NCBI GenBank assembly: GCA_046484245.1
Contig: JAWOBN010000008.1
Location: forward strand, 1 to 20,372
Length of the DNA stretch: 20,372 bases
Origin: a bacterium
GTDB taxonomy: Bacteria; Hydrothermota; 32-111
Direction of reading: 5' to 3'
A model generated the notes under the pieces. The model did no database searches. It saw only the letters and a program-made list of their open reading frames with translations, and was not told the DNA's origin. Positions 7,589 to 17,602 of the stretch are shown here, piece by piece. How positions within the stretch are numbered: position 1 is the first letter of the stretch; the number at the start of each line of letters is the position of its first letter. The position numbers were made by a program, and so were the translations under genes.

Positions 7589-8778
7589 GACAAATAGCTT
7601 TAATAACTGACCAGTTCCCCCCGGAGTTTGGAGCAGGCAAGAACCGGATTATCGGTCTGTCCTCAAATCTTGCAGCAATGGGTTATAATATACATATACT
7701 GACTATTCCGCCATTGAGGTATGATAGTGACTCAGGGGAAAAGGAAGTAATCAATAATGACAGGATACATATATACCGCAAGGGCAATTTGAATGCATCA
7801 AGGCAGGAAGCAATATACAGGCCTCTGCGCATTATCAAAAGGTATTTATCAAGATACATACTGCCTGACAAGAATACAGACTGGTTTCTCTCAGCTTATA
7901 AACCTTATGAGCAGTATATAAGACATCACGGCATCAGAACTGTTATTACATCCTCACCGTCTTTTTCTGCAGTACTGCTGGGTCTTAAACTCAGAAGGAG
8001 ATTGGGGGCAATTAAATGGATAATGGACTTGAGGGATCCGTGGTACGATAATGAGATTATCGGATTCAGCAGGTTCAACAGCGCAATGATAAGAAATCTG
8101 GAGCAGACCGCATTTGCATTTGCAGATGATATCACTGTTGTCACCGGAAATATGAAAAAGCTCTATGGTACAAAATACCCCGGTATGAGGATTCATCTCA
8201 TACGCAATGGTATGAGTACATTGAACAGCAATACAAAGATAAAGGATAATGATAATGAGACAGTAAATATCACATATACGGGAATACTCTATCCGCAGAG
8301 ACAGAAACTCCTCCTGAAATTTATCAGAGCCATAGCAGATTTCAATGAAGACAGTAAGAGAGATATTGATTTTCATTTTGCAGGTGAGATGAATAAAAAC
8401 ACAGACAGGCAGATAAGAGAAATACTGCAAAATCATTACATAAACCACGGTATGCTGTCAAGACAGGGGGCAGTAGCATTATCCGGGATGTCAGATTATC
8501 TCCTTCTGCTCTGCGGCAACAGATACACAATACCCTCAAAATTATATGATTATATGAGTATGGGAAAACCCGTTATTGCATTAATGAGTATTGATAATTC
8601 AGAAATTCACAATATAATAAAAAAATATAATTCAGGCATTTGCCTGCAGAATGATGCAGATTTCAATCTGCAGGGAATAATGAAATCCCTGCAGGGCAGT
8701 GAACCGGATTTAAATTACCTGAAACAGTTCAGGTACTCAAAGATAACGGAAAAATTGACGGAAGTACTGGATGGATAA
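7585..8778 (+). CDS. Glycosyltransferase, GT4-like
   Basis: ITDQFPP, ITSSPSF, MDLRDPW, IRNG, YTGILY, IPSKLYDYMSMGKPVI. ATGA overlap. Confidence 0.88.
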   Translation: MRQIALITDQFPPEFGAGKNRIIGLSSNLAAMGYNIHILTIPPLRYDSDSGEKEVINNDRIHIYRKGNLNASRQEAIYRPLRIIKRYLSRYILPDKNTDWFLSAYKPYEQYIRHHGIRTVITSSPSFSAVLLGLKLRRRLGAIKWIMDLRDPWYDNEIIGFSRFNSAMIRNLEQTAFAFADDITVVTGNMKKLYGTKYPGMRIHLIRNGMSTLNSNTKIKDNDNETVNITYTGILYPQRQKLLLKFIRAIADFNEDSKRDIDFHFAGEMNKNTDRQIREILQNHYINHGMLSRQGAVALSGMSDYLLLLCGNRYTIPSKLYDYMSMGKPVIALMSIDNSEIHNIIKKYNSGICLQNDADFNLQGIMKSLQGSEPDLNYLKQFRYSKITEKLTEVLDG

Positions 8779-10166
8779 TGTTTAATATACTGGGTAGAGC
8801 AAAAATATCACTCATGTCCGACATCATACACTATATACTGGTTGTAGCCGGACTGGTGTTATATTTATTCACACAGAGTTTAATTTCATTGATCTTAGTG
8901 CTGATGATCATTGTTTTCCGGTATGACACAATTTACTCATTTCTCCTGATATTCCCGGTGATTGAAGGTCTTGTTGTTGTAGGCGGTGGCATGACAATAT
9001 CCCGGTTTATAATACTGATATATCTTTCCAAATCAGCTCTGAATGTTCTTACACACAAGAACCGCATCAGGATTGACAATAATGGTGTTTCTCTCATACT
9101 CCTGCTGCTTGTTATTGTAATGGGGCTCTTCAATATCGTACTGCGGCCGTATGAATTATTCATAGGCAATATCAAATTCGGTGAAACTGTTTTCTTTACA
9201 ATTCTCACTGTAGCCAAGATTCTAACAGCATTCATGCTGTATACTGAATTCCGTTCAAAGAATGACCATGAGATGAAGCATCTCATCAAAAAGGTGGCTG
9301 TGTCAATAACACTGTCACTGCTCATTATAGCGGGTTATACTGTGCTCAATCCCAAAACACTTTACTCCGGTGTCGGAATGCTGAGACAGACAATTGAGGA
9401 GACAGACCCCAATGAACTGGCATCATTTCTCGTTGCATTCCTGCCGTATCCTATTTACCTGTTGTTCAATGAAAGGGCGTTTCTCAAATTCATATCCATA
9501 CCGGCAATATTCATAACAACAGCTGTCATGGCACTGACACTGTCCCGCGGCGGCATAGTTACATTCATAATCCTCATGATTGTCATATCAGTGATTCTTA
9601 TAAGAAATACACAGAGGAAACCCGCCTATATCATTTCAATGTTCATAATGATAATACTGTTCTATACAATCAATGAGTTGACATTCTCAGCAACATTAAG
9701 CAGATTTACTGAAGGATACTCAACCCAGGGCATGCAGGGACTGACATCAAACAGATGGGAACTCTGGATCAATGGAATACAGAAAACATTTGCTCACCGG
9801 CCCTTTCTCGGATTCGGCACATCAATCAAAGCTACTCAACTGCTCAATTATCTCATAACAGGCAGAAACAATGTGATGCACAGTGTGTTGATAGGCTTTT
9901 TTGTCCAGTATGGACTTACGGGGCTCCTCGTTTATCTCTATATGCTCTACAGGGTGTTCAAGGGCTTCTTCCATCTGGTAAGGAGAGATCACTTCCTATA
10001 CCTCCTTCCATTTCTCAGTCTGACATCACTGCAGATAAGCGGTTTGACCCTTGAACTGGAATACAGGGAAATAATGTGGATATTTATCGGAATCAGCCTG
10101 GGTATATTCAGCAATATTATTGACAGGGAGAAATGGAGAAGTGATGAAGATTATTCATCTGATTGA
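8778..10166 (+). CDS. O-antigen polymerase / ligase family (Wzy_C-like) membrane protein
   Basis: Multi-TM; DPNELA, TLSRGG, SNRWELW, PFLGFG, HSVLIGFFVQYGLTG. Polymerase, ligase and O-oligosaccharyltransferase cannot be told apart by eye. Confidence 0.82.
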   Translation: MFNILGRAKISLMSDIIHYILVVAGLVLYLFTQSLISLILVLMIIVFRYDTIYSFLLIFPVIEGLVVVGGGMTISRFIILIYLSKSALNVLTHKNRIRIDNNGVSLILLLLVIVMGLFNIVLRPYELFIGNIKFGETVFFTILTVAKILTAFMLYTEFRSKNDHEMKHLIKKVAVSITLSLLIIAGYTVLNPKTLYSGVGMLRQTIEETDPNELASFLVAFLPYPIYLLFNERAFLKFISIPAIFITTAVMALTLSRGGIVTFIILMIVISVILIRNTQRKPAYIISMFIMIILFYTINELTFSATLSRFTEGYSTQGMQGLTSNRWELWINGIQKTFAHRPFLGFGTSIKATQLLNYLITGRNNVMHSVLIGFFVQYGLTGLLVYLYMLYRVFKGFFHLVRRDHFLYLLPFLSLTSLQISGLTLELEYREIMWIFIGISLGIFSNIIDREKWRSDEDYSSD

Positions 10167-11223
10167 ATCACTGTCCAGGGGCGGAGCCGAGATATTTGCC
10201 TGTGAATTAGCCTGCTCCCAGAAAAAGATGGGGCATGATATTGTTCTCGTATCCCTCTTCAGGTCACAGGACAGTGCATTTGAGAAGAAAAAATCAGATG
10301 AACTTTCAGCCAATGGGATTGAAACACATATACTAAATTTCAGGGGAAGCAGAATAAAGGGAACTCTGAGAATAAGGCAATTGCTCATAGATTTAAAACC
10401 GGCTGTTATCAATACGCATCTTCAGACAGTTACCGTATATGCGGCTGCAGCAAATTTGTTTTCGGGTATTCCCCTTGTTCAGACATTCCACTCCATCAAT
10501 ACCGGATACAGAGTGTTGCAGAAAGTGGTGTTCTCTTTCATACTGAATGGCCTTATATCAGTATCGGATGATATTGACAGTGTATTGAAGGAAAAGTTCA
10601 ATATCAGACACCCTGTCTCAGCTGTTATATACAATGGTATTGATACAGAGAGGATTGCGGGCAGGCAGAAGAGAGAGAATAATACAGTCAGGTGCATTGC
10701 AGTGGGTAATCTTACTGAACCGAAGAATTACTCAATGCTCATTGATGTTTACAGAAAAATGAAAGAATCAGAGATGAATATGCCTCACTGCAGTATAGTA
10801 GGGGACGGTCCTTTGAGAAATGAAATAGAGACTGCAATAAAACAAAATGGATTGGACCGGTATATTTCATTACTCGGATACAGGGACGATGTTCCGGAAC
10901 TGCTCAGCAGGTCTGATATATTTATCATGACATCTGCATGGGAAGGATTATCAATAGCATTGATTGAGGCTGTCAGTACGGGGCTGCCTGCTGTTGTAAC
11001 AGATGTCGGAAGCAATCATCTGCTTGTGCATGACAAAAGAAACGGTTTTCTCATAGAACCGCAATCATCAGAAGAATTTATCCGGCACTTGAATCAGCTT
11101 GTCACTGATGCTGAATTGAGAGAGAAAATGTCACGCGAATCCCTCAGGATAAGCAGACAGTTTGATATAGACAATACGTCAGCAAATTACATTAAGTTCT
11201 ATGAAAAGGTGCTTGATAGATGA
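10144..11223 (+). CDS. Glycosyltransferase family 4
   Basis: MKIIHLIESLSRGGAE, IYNGID, VGNLTEPKN, GYRDDV, SAWEGLSIALIEA (EX7E), TDVG. ATG 10144 follows SD GGAG; ORF track starts at 10120. Confidence 0.92.
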   Translation: MKIIHLIESLSRGGAEIFACELACSQKKMGHDIVLVSLFRSQDSAFEKKKSDELSANGIETHILNFRGSRIKGTLRIRQLLIDLKPAVINTHLQTVTVYAAAANLFSGIPLVQTFHSINTGYRVLQKVVFSFILNGLISVSDDIDSVLKEKFNIRHPVSAVIYNGIDTERIAGRQKRENNTVRCIAVGNLTEPKNYSMLIDVYRKMKESEMNMPHCSIVGDGPLRNEIETAIKQNGLDRYISLLGYRDDVPELLSRSDIFIMTSAWEGLSIALIEAVSTGLPAVVTDVGSNHLLVHDKRNGFLIEPQSSEEFIRHLNQLVTDAELREKMSRESLRISRQFDIDNTSANYIKFYEKVLDR

Positions 11224-12917
11224 AGGGATTTACTGTAGTAAAACCAATTAACAAGAATCTAATCAATAAACAAAAGCATAAGCTGCTCAATGCATTTACT
11301 CAATTTGAGTCAATAGAGAATGACAATATACTCGTACTGCGCGACACCAATGGCAAATTTAAAGATGATAAGATATTCAGTGAAACTGAAAAAGGAGTAT
11401 TTGTAACAGACGGCATTATATACAACAGGAGCAGTGCAATAGATGCAAATAATGATTATTCCAGCTGTATTGAATCTGACCATTCCGGTATTATAAGAAC
11501 TATCAGGGGAATGTTCTGCGGATTGATTTACAGAAATAGAGACGATAAACTTACTGTTTTCACTGACCAGACCTCCTCACATCCTGTTTATTACTATCTT
11601 GACAGTGATGTGTTTATTGCAGGCAGTAATATAAAGCATATATCAGCAGTACTTAGAATATTAAAGAAAAATGTGAATCCTTCTGTTCTGGGAGCTTACT
11701 ATATGCTTACACTGGGCATTATGCTGGGCAGTGAAACCCTCATAGAAAGAATTAAGAAGCTTCCTCCCGGTTATTTCATAAATCTACAGGCAGGCAAACT
11801 CATCCTGAAACAGTATCACCATTTCAATAATACAGATTATACTAATGACAGCAGAAAGACAATCATAGAACAGCTGGACAGCAGGTTCAAGAACGCATTA
11901 AAGGATGAGTATCAGAAGGATATTGAATACGGATACAGGCATATTGCAACATTGAGCGGGGGCATTGATTCAAGGGCAAATGTTATGATAGCATCAGAGC
12001 TCGGTTACAATAATATCACAGCAGTTACCACATCATATCCCGGTTATCCTGACCACACCATATCCAAATATATCAGCTCAAAGAAAAACTACGAATATAT
12101 CTTCCATCCCCTGCAGAGAGGGGATTTTCTCAAGGATATTAGAAGTCCTGTAAGGTATAATGACGGCCTTGTTTATTATCCGGGAAGCGCCCATCTTCTT
12201 CATCTTCTCAATCAGATTGATTTCACGGATTTCGGACTGCTTCACACAGGTATGATAGGTGACGGTGTGCTGGGCTCTTTTATTAAGAACAGTGAGCACA
12301 CAAAACCATCAATCTCAAGATTGTCATGGTACTATACGCCTGTCATTGAAAAAGTGAGGAGTGATATTGAAGGAGTAATGTCAGATTATCCCAATGCGGA
12401 GATGTATAATCTCTATGAGAAATGCTTTAATGGTGTATTCAATGGATTCTGGACAACATCTCATTTTACGGAATATTCGTCCCCCTTTATTGACAGACAA
12501 TTTCTTGAATATGCGCTCTCCATTCCCCCGAAGATGAAGAATATGACAAAGATAGAGATTGAATGGCTGGCATCCCGGCATCCTGAAATTACCTCAATAC
12601 CGACAGAGAGATACAGGGCAAGACCTGATTCATCCAATTTCCGTTATCAGGTGATGTTCTTCAGGATGAAATGGATTATGCACAGGCTTTTGGGAAAATT
12701 TATGCCCATGAGTATGGTCCCCTATGATTTCTGGTACAGCCGCAATCTCTCCCTCAGAGAGAGATTTGATGATTACTTTACATCCAATATACATCTGCTT
12801 GATTTTAACAGGGAACTTAAAGATGATGCAGCGAGAATATTCAATGAGGGCTCATTCCTCAAGAAATCACAGGCAATAACCCTGCTTGCAGCATATAATT
12901 TATACGGTTTGGAGTAA
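11220..12917 (+). CDS. Asparagine synthetase-like amidoligase (degenerate Ntn domain plus ATP pyrophosphatase domain)
   Basis: DGIIYN, RGMFCG, TDQTSSHPVYY, KKLPPG, PP-loop TLSGGIDSR, SPFID. Begins MKGF, not MCGI. Confidence 0.82.
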   Translation: MKGFTVVKPINKNLINKQKHKLLNAFTQFESIENDNILVLRDTNGKFKDDKIFSETEKGVFVTDGIIYNRSSAIDANNDYSSCIESDHSGIIRTIRGMFCGLIYRNRDDKLTVFTDQTSSHPVYYYLDSDVFIAGSNIKHISAVLRILKKNVNPSVLGAYYMLTLGIMLGSETLIERIKKLPPGYFINLQAGKLILKQYHHFNNTDYTNDSRKTIIEQLDSRFKNALKDEYQKDIEYGYRHIATLSGGIDSRANVMIASELGYNNITAVTTSYPGYPDHTISKYISSKKNYEYIFHPLQRGDFLKDIRSPVRYNDGLVYYPGSAHLLHLLNQIDFTDFGLLHTGMIGDGVLGSFIKNSEHTKPSISRLSWYYTPVIEKVRSDIEGVMSDYPNAEMYNLYEKCFNGVFNGFWTTSHFTEYSSPFIDRQFLEYALSIPPKMKNMTKIEIEWLASRHPEITSIPTERYRARPDSSNFRYQVMFFRMKWIMHRLLGKFMPMSMVPYDFWYSRNLSLRERFDDYFTSNIHLLDFNRELKDDAARIFNEGSFLKKSQAITLLAAYNLYGLE

Positions 12918-12918
12918 G

Positions 12919-13980
12919 ATGCATATATGTTACCTCATAGCAGCAAATGAACCCCATGCATACTGGTGGACACGGTATTTCATAGAAAGAGGTCACAGGG
13001 TTTCCGTTATTTCATACAGTAAAGATGAAATAGAGGGCGCTGACAATTATCACATAGATTCTCATTTCAGGGGTCCGCTGAAATATATTACAACAGTATC
13101 CGGGGTGAAAGCATTGATAAGAGCATTGAAACCCGATATTGTTCATGCTCATTATGTGACATCGCAGGGTTTTCTGGCTCTCATGAGCGGGTTTCATCCG
13201 CGCATGCTTTCTGTATGGGGTTCGGATATTGCAGTTGCGCCCGGCAAGAATCCTATTATGAGGATGATTGTAAGGCAGTCACTGGAGAGTGCTGATTGTA
13301 TTAATTCACCTGCAGAGCACATAACAGACAAGATTCTTAATATAACAGATAGAATAAAGAGGATTGAGACCTATCAATACGGTGTGGATACTGCATATAT
13401 TGATACTATTGAACCTCAGAAGAAATCTGCTAAATTCCGCATTATTTCTACGAGAAACTTCAAACCTATTTACAATATGGAAATTGTCCTGAAGTCGGTG
13501 AGCGAACTCCGCAGAACGAGGTATGATTTTGATTTTATAATTCTGGGCAAGGGTACTGATGAACAGACAATGTCCATTGAACATTATATTGACAAATACA
13601 AAATGCATGATTACACGTATTTCCCCGGATTTGTCCCAATGGATACTGTGTTCTCATATCTTAAAAGCTCGGATATATTCATTTCAATACCCGATACAGA
13701 CGGCACACCTATTTCTGTCTTAGAAGGAATGTATTGCGGTGCTTTCCCTGTACTCTCTGATATTGAAGCCAATAGGGAGATTGTTAATAACAATAATGCA
13801 TTGTTGACTGGACTATCTGAAAACAGTATAGTTTCAGATATTCAATATGCACTTGAGAACAGTAAATTACGCCGGCAAGCAGCTGAATTCAACAGAACAC
13901 TTGTTAATAATAAATATAAATGGCTGGATAATATGAAACGGACAGAACAGATATACAGGGATTTAATGGAGCATGCTTGA
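12919..13980 (+). CDS. Glycosyltransferase family 4
   Basis: KPDIVHAH, VWGSDI, YGVD, STRNFKPIYN, DGTPISVLEGM, SDIEANREI. ATG 12919 follows SD GGAG; ORF track starts at 12886. Confidence 0.9.
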   Translation: MHICYLIAANEPHAYWWTRYFIERGHRVSVISYSKDEIEGADNYHIDSHFRGPLKYITTVSGVKALIRALKPDIVHAHYVTSQGFLALMSGFHPRMLSVWGSDIAVAPGKNPIMRMIVRQSLESADCINSPAEHITDKILNITDRIKRIETYQYGVDTAYIDTIEPQKKSAKFRIISTRNFKPIYNMEIVLKSVSELRRTRYDFDFIILGKGTDEQTMSIEHYIDKYKMHDYTYFPGFVPMDTVFSYLKSSDIFISIPDTDGTPISVLEGMYCGAFPVLSDIEANREIVNNNNALLTGLSENSIVSDIQYALENSKLRRQAAEFNRTLVNNKYKWLDNMKRTEQIYRDLMEHA

Positions 13981-14005
13981 CAAATATCTGAATAATATTT
14001 AGTAT
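13977..14005 (+). promoter_or_regulatory. Putative internal sigma70 promoter for the last glycosyltransferase
   Basis: TTGACA (13977-13982), 17 bp, TAGTAT (14000-14005); SD AAGGAG near 14012-14017. Confidence 0.55.
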
Positions 14006-14022
14006 ATCCAAAAGGAGAGACC

Positions 14023-15207
14023 TTGAAGATACTTTATCTTCATCAGTATTTCATGACCAACAGGAGTGCAGGGGGCACAAGGTCATTTGAAATAATCAAA
14101 TACCTCACAGAAAAGGGGCATAATGTTGAATTGATAACAGGACTCAGTGCTGATGACAAGCACCCCATAAAGAATCTGACAATTCATTCAACAGATACAG
14201 AGTACTCCAATAGTATGAGTTATACAAGAAGACTGTTATCCTTCATGCACTTTATTATCAAGAGCATAAAAATCGGCATAAGGATAAAAGAATTTGACAT
14301 TGTATTTGCCACATCAACCCCCCTTACCATTGCAATACCTGCAATTATAATAAGCCGGTGGCGCAGGCGCCCGTTTGTATTTGAAGTGCGCGATGTATGG
14401 CCTGACATACCCATAGGTCTCGGAATACTCACAAATCCTCTTCTTGTTATTATTGCACGTTTGACAGAGCATATTGTATACGGCAAGGCATCCCATATTA
14501 TTGCTCTTTCTACAGGCATGAGAGAGAATATAATAGGCAAGGGAGTGCCGGGGTCCAAGATCTCTGTTGTTACCAATATGTCCAATATTGACCTTTTCTC
14601 AGAAGCAGAGTCAATCAGACAGAGGATTGACGAGGAATTATCAACAGCAGGCAAAACAATCTGCATTTATGCAGGGACACTGGGGTATGCCAATAATGTT
14701 GATTATATACTGGAATCAGCAAAGAAAAGTGCAGAATTAGGCAGTTCTGTCCACTATATCATTGCAGGTGAAGGAAGACAGAGACCTGAACTGACGGCAA
14801 AGGCTCAGAGGGAAAATATTGAAAATGTAACATTCATCCCATCCATTGCCAAGGAGGATGTTGTATCCTATATAAAATCATCTGATATTGGTTTAAGTGT
14901 ATTCTTGAACAACAGTGTACTCTTTGACAATTCAGCCAACAAGTTCTTTGACTACCTTGCAGCAGGCAAACCGGTGCTTATCAATTACGGCGGATGGCAG
15001 AATGATGTTATTGAAAATGCCCTGTGCGGTTATATATGTGACGGTGATAATCCCGCTGACATGGCAGAGAGAATTGATTATCTCTCAAGCAATCCTGATT
15101 TAATTGAAGAGATGAGCCAGAGGTCTCTTAGACTCGGTAAAGAACGGTTCTCAAGAAATAATGCAGTAAGGCACATAGAATCAATTCTCAGAAGAGCAAT
15201 TGATTGA
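14023..15207 (+). CDS. Glycosyltransferase family 4, WbuB-like
   Basis: MKILYLHQYF, GGTRS, ATSTPL, FEVRDVWP, YAGTLGYAN, SANKFFDYLAAGKPV. TTG start with SD. Confidence 0.9.
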   Translation: MKILYLHQYFMTNRSAGGTRSFEIIKYLTEKGHNVELITGLSADDKHPIKNLTIHSTDTEYSNSMSYTRRLLSFMHFIIKSIKIGIRIKEFDIVFATSTPLTIAIPAIIISRWRRRPFVFEVRDVWPDIPIGLGILTNPLLVIIARLTEHIVYGKASHIIALSTGMRENIIGKGVPGSKISVVTNMSNIDLFSEAESIRQRIDEELSTAGKTICIYAGTLGYANNVDYILESAKKSAELGSSVHYIIAGEGRQRPELTAKAQRENIENVTFIPSIAKEDVVSYIKSSDIGLSVFLNNSVLFDNSANKFFDYLAAGKPVLINYGGWQNDVIENALCGYICDGDNPADMAERIDYLSSNPDLIEEMSQRSLRLGKERFSRNNAVRHIESILRRAID

Positions 15208-15254
15208 TATTATTTGGAATATATGGGTATTAACCTGCAATTTCTCCGGTGAAT

Positions 15255-16115
15255 TCACTGTCTCCAGATATCCAGTGGACGCCCCAATGATTTCTCCATT
15301 GCTGTAATCTCATTTTCCAGTTCATTGTAGAGACGCTCTTCAACTTCCGCAGGCACATTCTTCTTAAACTGCTTGAAGAATAGTTTCCTGTACATCTGCC
15401 TGCTGCTTCTTCTGAATGAATTGGGTATATACGGATACAGAATATCCCTGATGCGGGAATATGTGAGGGCACGGTACAATTTCATTGCAATCCCACTCTT
15501 CGGTTTCTTCAGGGCATTTGTTTTGGAATCAATATCAGGGGGCATGAAATCAGTATTCTCAAGACCGAGGAAACTGTATACATCCTTGTGATATTTTTCA
15601 ATATCCTTGATATAATCCTCGAAAACAATGATCTTCAGATTACGGCGGTCAAAATACCGGAGATAATGCTCAATGAAATGCGAATACCTGCTCGTTTCAA
15701 TATAATATGTGCCTATTGCATCTTCATCCTTTGGACCGAATAATTCTTCCTCAATATCCTTATAATGATTGTCCATGAATGTATAGAAATGCGATACTGC
15801 CCTCTTCACAGGATTCCTGACCATATATACTAGTTTGATATCACTGCCCAGTGTATTCCTTATCCTCTTTGGCACATCAGCCCTATTGGGCCATGAATAG
15901 CTTACAGAACCCTCTCCTATAATGGACTCGTTATTGTGATTCCTGAAATGGGATGCATACCAGTCAAGACCACGGTCATAGTATTTACTGAAGTATTCTA
16001 TCTCTTTTACTTTGGAGAGGTAAATATCAGGATGATGTATGAGATTATCATACAGTGAAGTGGTTCCGCTTCTGGCAGATCCTATAAGAAGAAAATTCGG
16101 TAATTTATATTGCAT
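15255..16115 (-). CDS. PAPS-dependent sulfotransferase (carbohydrate sulfotransferase-like)
   Basis: 5'-PSB loop LPNFLLIGSARSGTTSL, KEIEYF, GLDWY, GEGSVSY, 3'-PB motif RNPVKRAVSHFY, FLGL. Confidence 0.92.
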   Translation of the reverse strand: MQYKLPNFLLIGSARSGTTSLYDNLIHHPDIYLSKVKEIEYFSKYYDRGLDWYASHFRNHNNESIIGEGSVSYSWPNRADVPKRIRNTLGSDIKLVYMVRNPVKRAVSHFYTFMDNHYKDIEEELFGPKDEDAIGTYYIETSRYSHFIEHYLRYFDRRNLKIIVFEDYIKDIEKYHKDVYSFLGLENTDFMPPDIDSKTNALKKPKSGIAMKLYRALTYSRIRDILYPYIPNSFRRSSRQMYRKLFFKQFKKNVPAEVEERLYNELENEITAMEKSLGRPLDIWRQ

Positions 16116-16148
16116 ATATTTTGTATTCCGTTAATGTTAATTATTTTA

Positions 16149-16176
16149 ATTATACTTCAATGTACAGTACAGTCAA
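16149..16176 (-). promoter_or_regulatory. Putative sigma70 promoter of the sulfotransferase
   Basis: Minus strand TTGACT (16176-16171), 16 bp, TATAAT (16154-16149). Confidence 0.6.
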
Positions 16177-16268
16177 GCAGTCCGTTATTCCTCTTTTCAC
16201 CTTTCTCGAAAAGGGGCTTTTGACTCCCAGTTTAATATGAAGGAAATTCATCGTTTATCAGAAAATAC

Positions 16269-16297
16269 TTGACATATTATATTACAATCAGTAACAT
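16269..16297 (+). promoter_or_regulatory. Putative sigma70 promoter of the fabH-acp cassette
   Basis: TTGACA (16269-16274), 17 bp, TAACAT (16292-16297); SD GGAGGT at 16349-16354. Confidence 0.6.
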
Positions 16298-16357
16298 TAA
16301 TATCAATTATTTGGATTGTAAATTAATTAATAATAGTAGCTACAAATCGGAGGTAGG

Positions 16358-17368
16358 GTGAAAGCGAGAATCAATTCAATTGAATATTTTCTTCCTGTTA
16401 ATAAACTCACCAATGAACAGCTGGAAAAAGAGGGTGTTTATACTGCAGATAAGATATTTGATAAAACGGGCATAAGTGAGAGGAGAATTGCTTCAGATGA
16501 ACAGACATCATCTGATCTGGCATACAATGCTGCAGAGAAGCTCTTTAAAGATAATGATATTGATAAGGATTCTGTTGATATGCTTCTCTTCTGCACGCAG
16601 TCGCCGGATTATTTTCTCCCAACTTCAGCATGCATACTGCAGGACAGGCTCGGGCTCCCGACAACAATAGGGGCTTTGGATTACAATCTCGGATGTTCGG
16701 GTTATATTTACGGACTCCATATGGCAAAAGCATATATTGAAAGCGGTTTGGCGCAGAGGGTTCTGCTTCTTACAGGCGAGACATATTCAAAGAGCATCAA
16801 TCCCAAAGATAAATCAAACAGGACCATATTCGGTGACGCGGGGACTGCTACATTGATTGAGGGCATTGAAAGTAATGAAGAACTGATAAAGGGATTTGTT
16901 CTGGGCACTGACGGCAGAGGCAAGGATAATCTCATCATACCGGACGGAGGATTCAGGAACAGGTATAGTGATGAGTCAGAGAAAGAGCATGAGGATAGTG
17001 CAGGCAATATAAGATCTGATGCAGATCTTTTCATGGACGGTTCTAAAATATTCACCTTTACAATAAGGGTTGTTCCTTCAATTGTGAACAGATGTCTGGA
17101 GAAAAACAATTTGAAGGCAGATGACATTGATTATTTCCTGATGCACCAGGCGAATAAATTCATCATTGACTATCTGAGCAAAAAGATGAAACTGCCTGAG
17201 TCAAAGGTATTGCTTAATCTGAAATATGTGGGTAATACTGTATCAAACACAATACCCCTTTTACTCAAAATGAAGATGGATGAAGGTATTCTGAAAAGAG
17301 GAATGACACTCATGACCATAGGCTTTGGGGTAGGATATTCCTATGGAGCCAATATAATCAAACTATAA
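16358..17368 (+). CDS. fabH: 3-oxoacyl-ACP synthase III (FabH-like)
   Basis: TGISERR, catalytic triad NLGCSG / MHQAN / VGNT, IFGDAG, GFGVG. Probably a glycan-dedicated paralogue. Confidence 0.92.
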   Translation: MKARINSIEYFLPVNKLTNEQLEKEGVYTADKIFDKTGISERRIASDEQTSSDLAYNAAEKLFKDNDIDKDSVDMLLFCTQSPDYFLPTSACILQDRLGLPTTIGALDYNLGCSGYIYGLHMAKAYIESGLAQRVLLLTGETYSKSINPKDKSNRTIFGDAGTATLIEGIESNEELIKGFVLGTDGRGKDNLIIPDGGFRNRYSDESEKEHEDSAGNIRSDADLFMDGSKIFTFTIRVVPSIVNRCLEKNNLKADDIDYFLMHQANKFIIDYLSKKMKLPESKVLLNLKYVGNTVSNTIPLLLKMKMDEGILKRGMTLMTIGFGVGYSYGANIIKL

Positions 17369-17380
17369 TGGAGGAAAACA

Positions 17381-17602
17381 ATGGATATGAATGAATTCAT
17401 AAGCATATTCAAAGAGTCACTTCAAATTGAGGATAATGATATTCAGCCGGAGACTAAATTCAAAGAACTGCCTTTATGGGATTCCATGTCTGTGATGTCG
17501 GTGATAGCAATGTCAGATGAACATTTTTCAAAAGAAATTGATGTGGACAGATTGAATGAATTAGACACTATAGAAGAACTGTATAATTTTTTAACTGACT
17601 AA
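17381..17602 (+). CDS. Acyl carrier protein
   Basis: 73 aa, very acidic, phosphopantetheine site WDSM, C-terminal TIEEL; SD GGAGG. Confidence 0.9.
   Translation: MDMNEFISIFKESLQIEDNDIQPETKFKELPLWDSMSVMSVIAMSDEHFSKEIDVDRLNELDTIEELYNFLTD

Noticed and set aside
8619..8625. A7 tract (also near 18405-18411) as a phase-variation site
   Set aside because: Too short and common in AT-rich DNA; reading frames are intact.
16162..16169. GTACAGTA shared between the sulfotransferase promoter spacer and the RAYT IR core
   Set aside because: An 8-bp match is near chance expectation in 20 kb and the dyad is not conserved.
16200..16221. CCTTT-CTCGA-AAAGG hairpin as terminator
   Set aside because: Weak 5-bp stem located between divergent promoters rather than after a gene.
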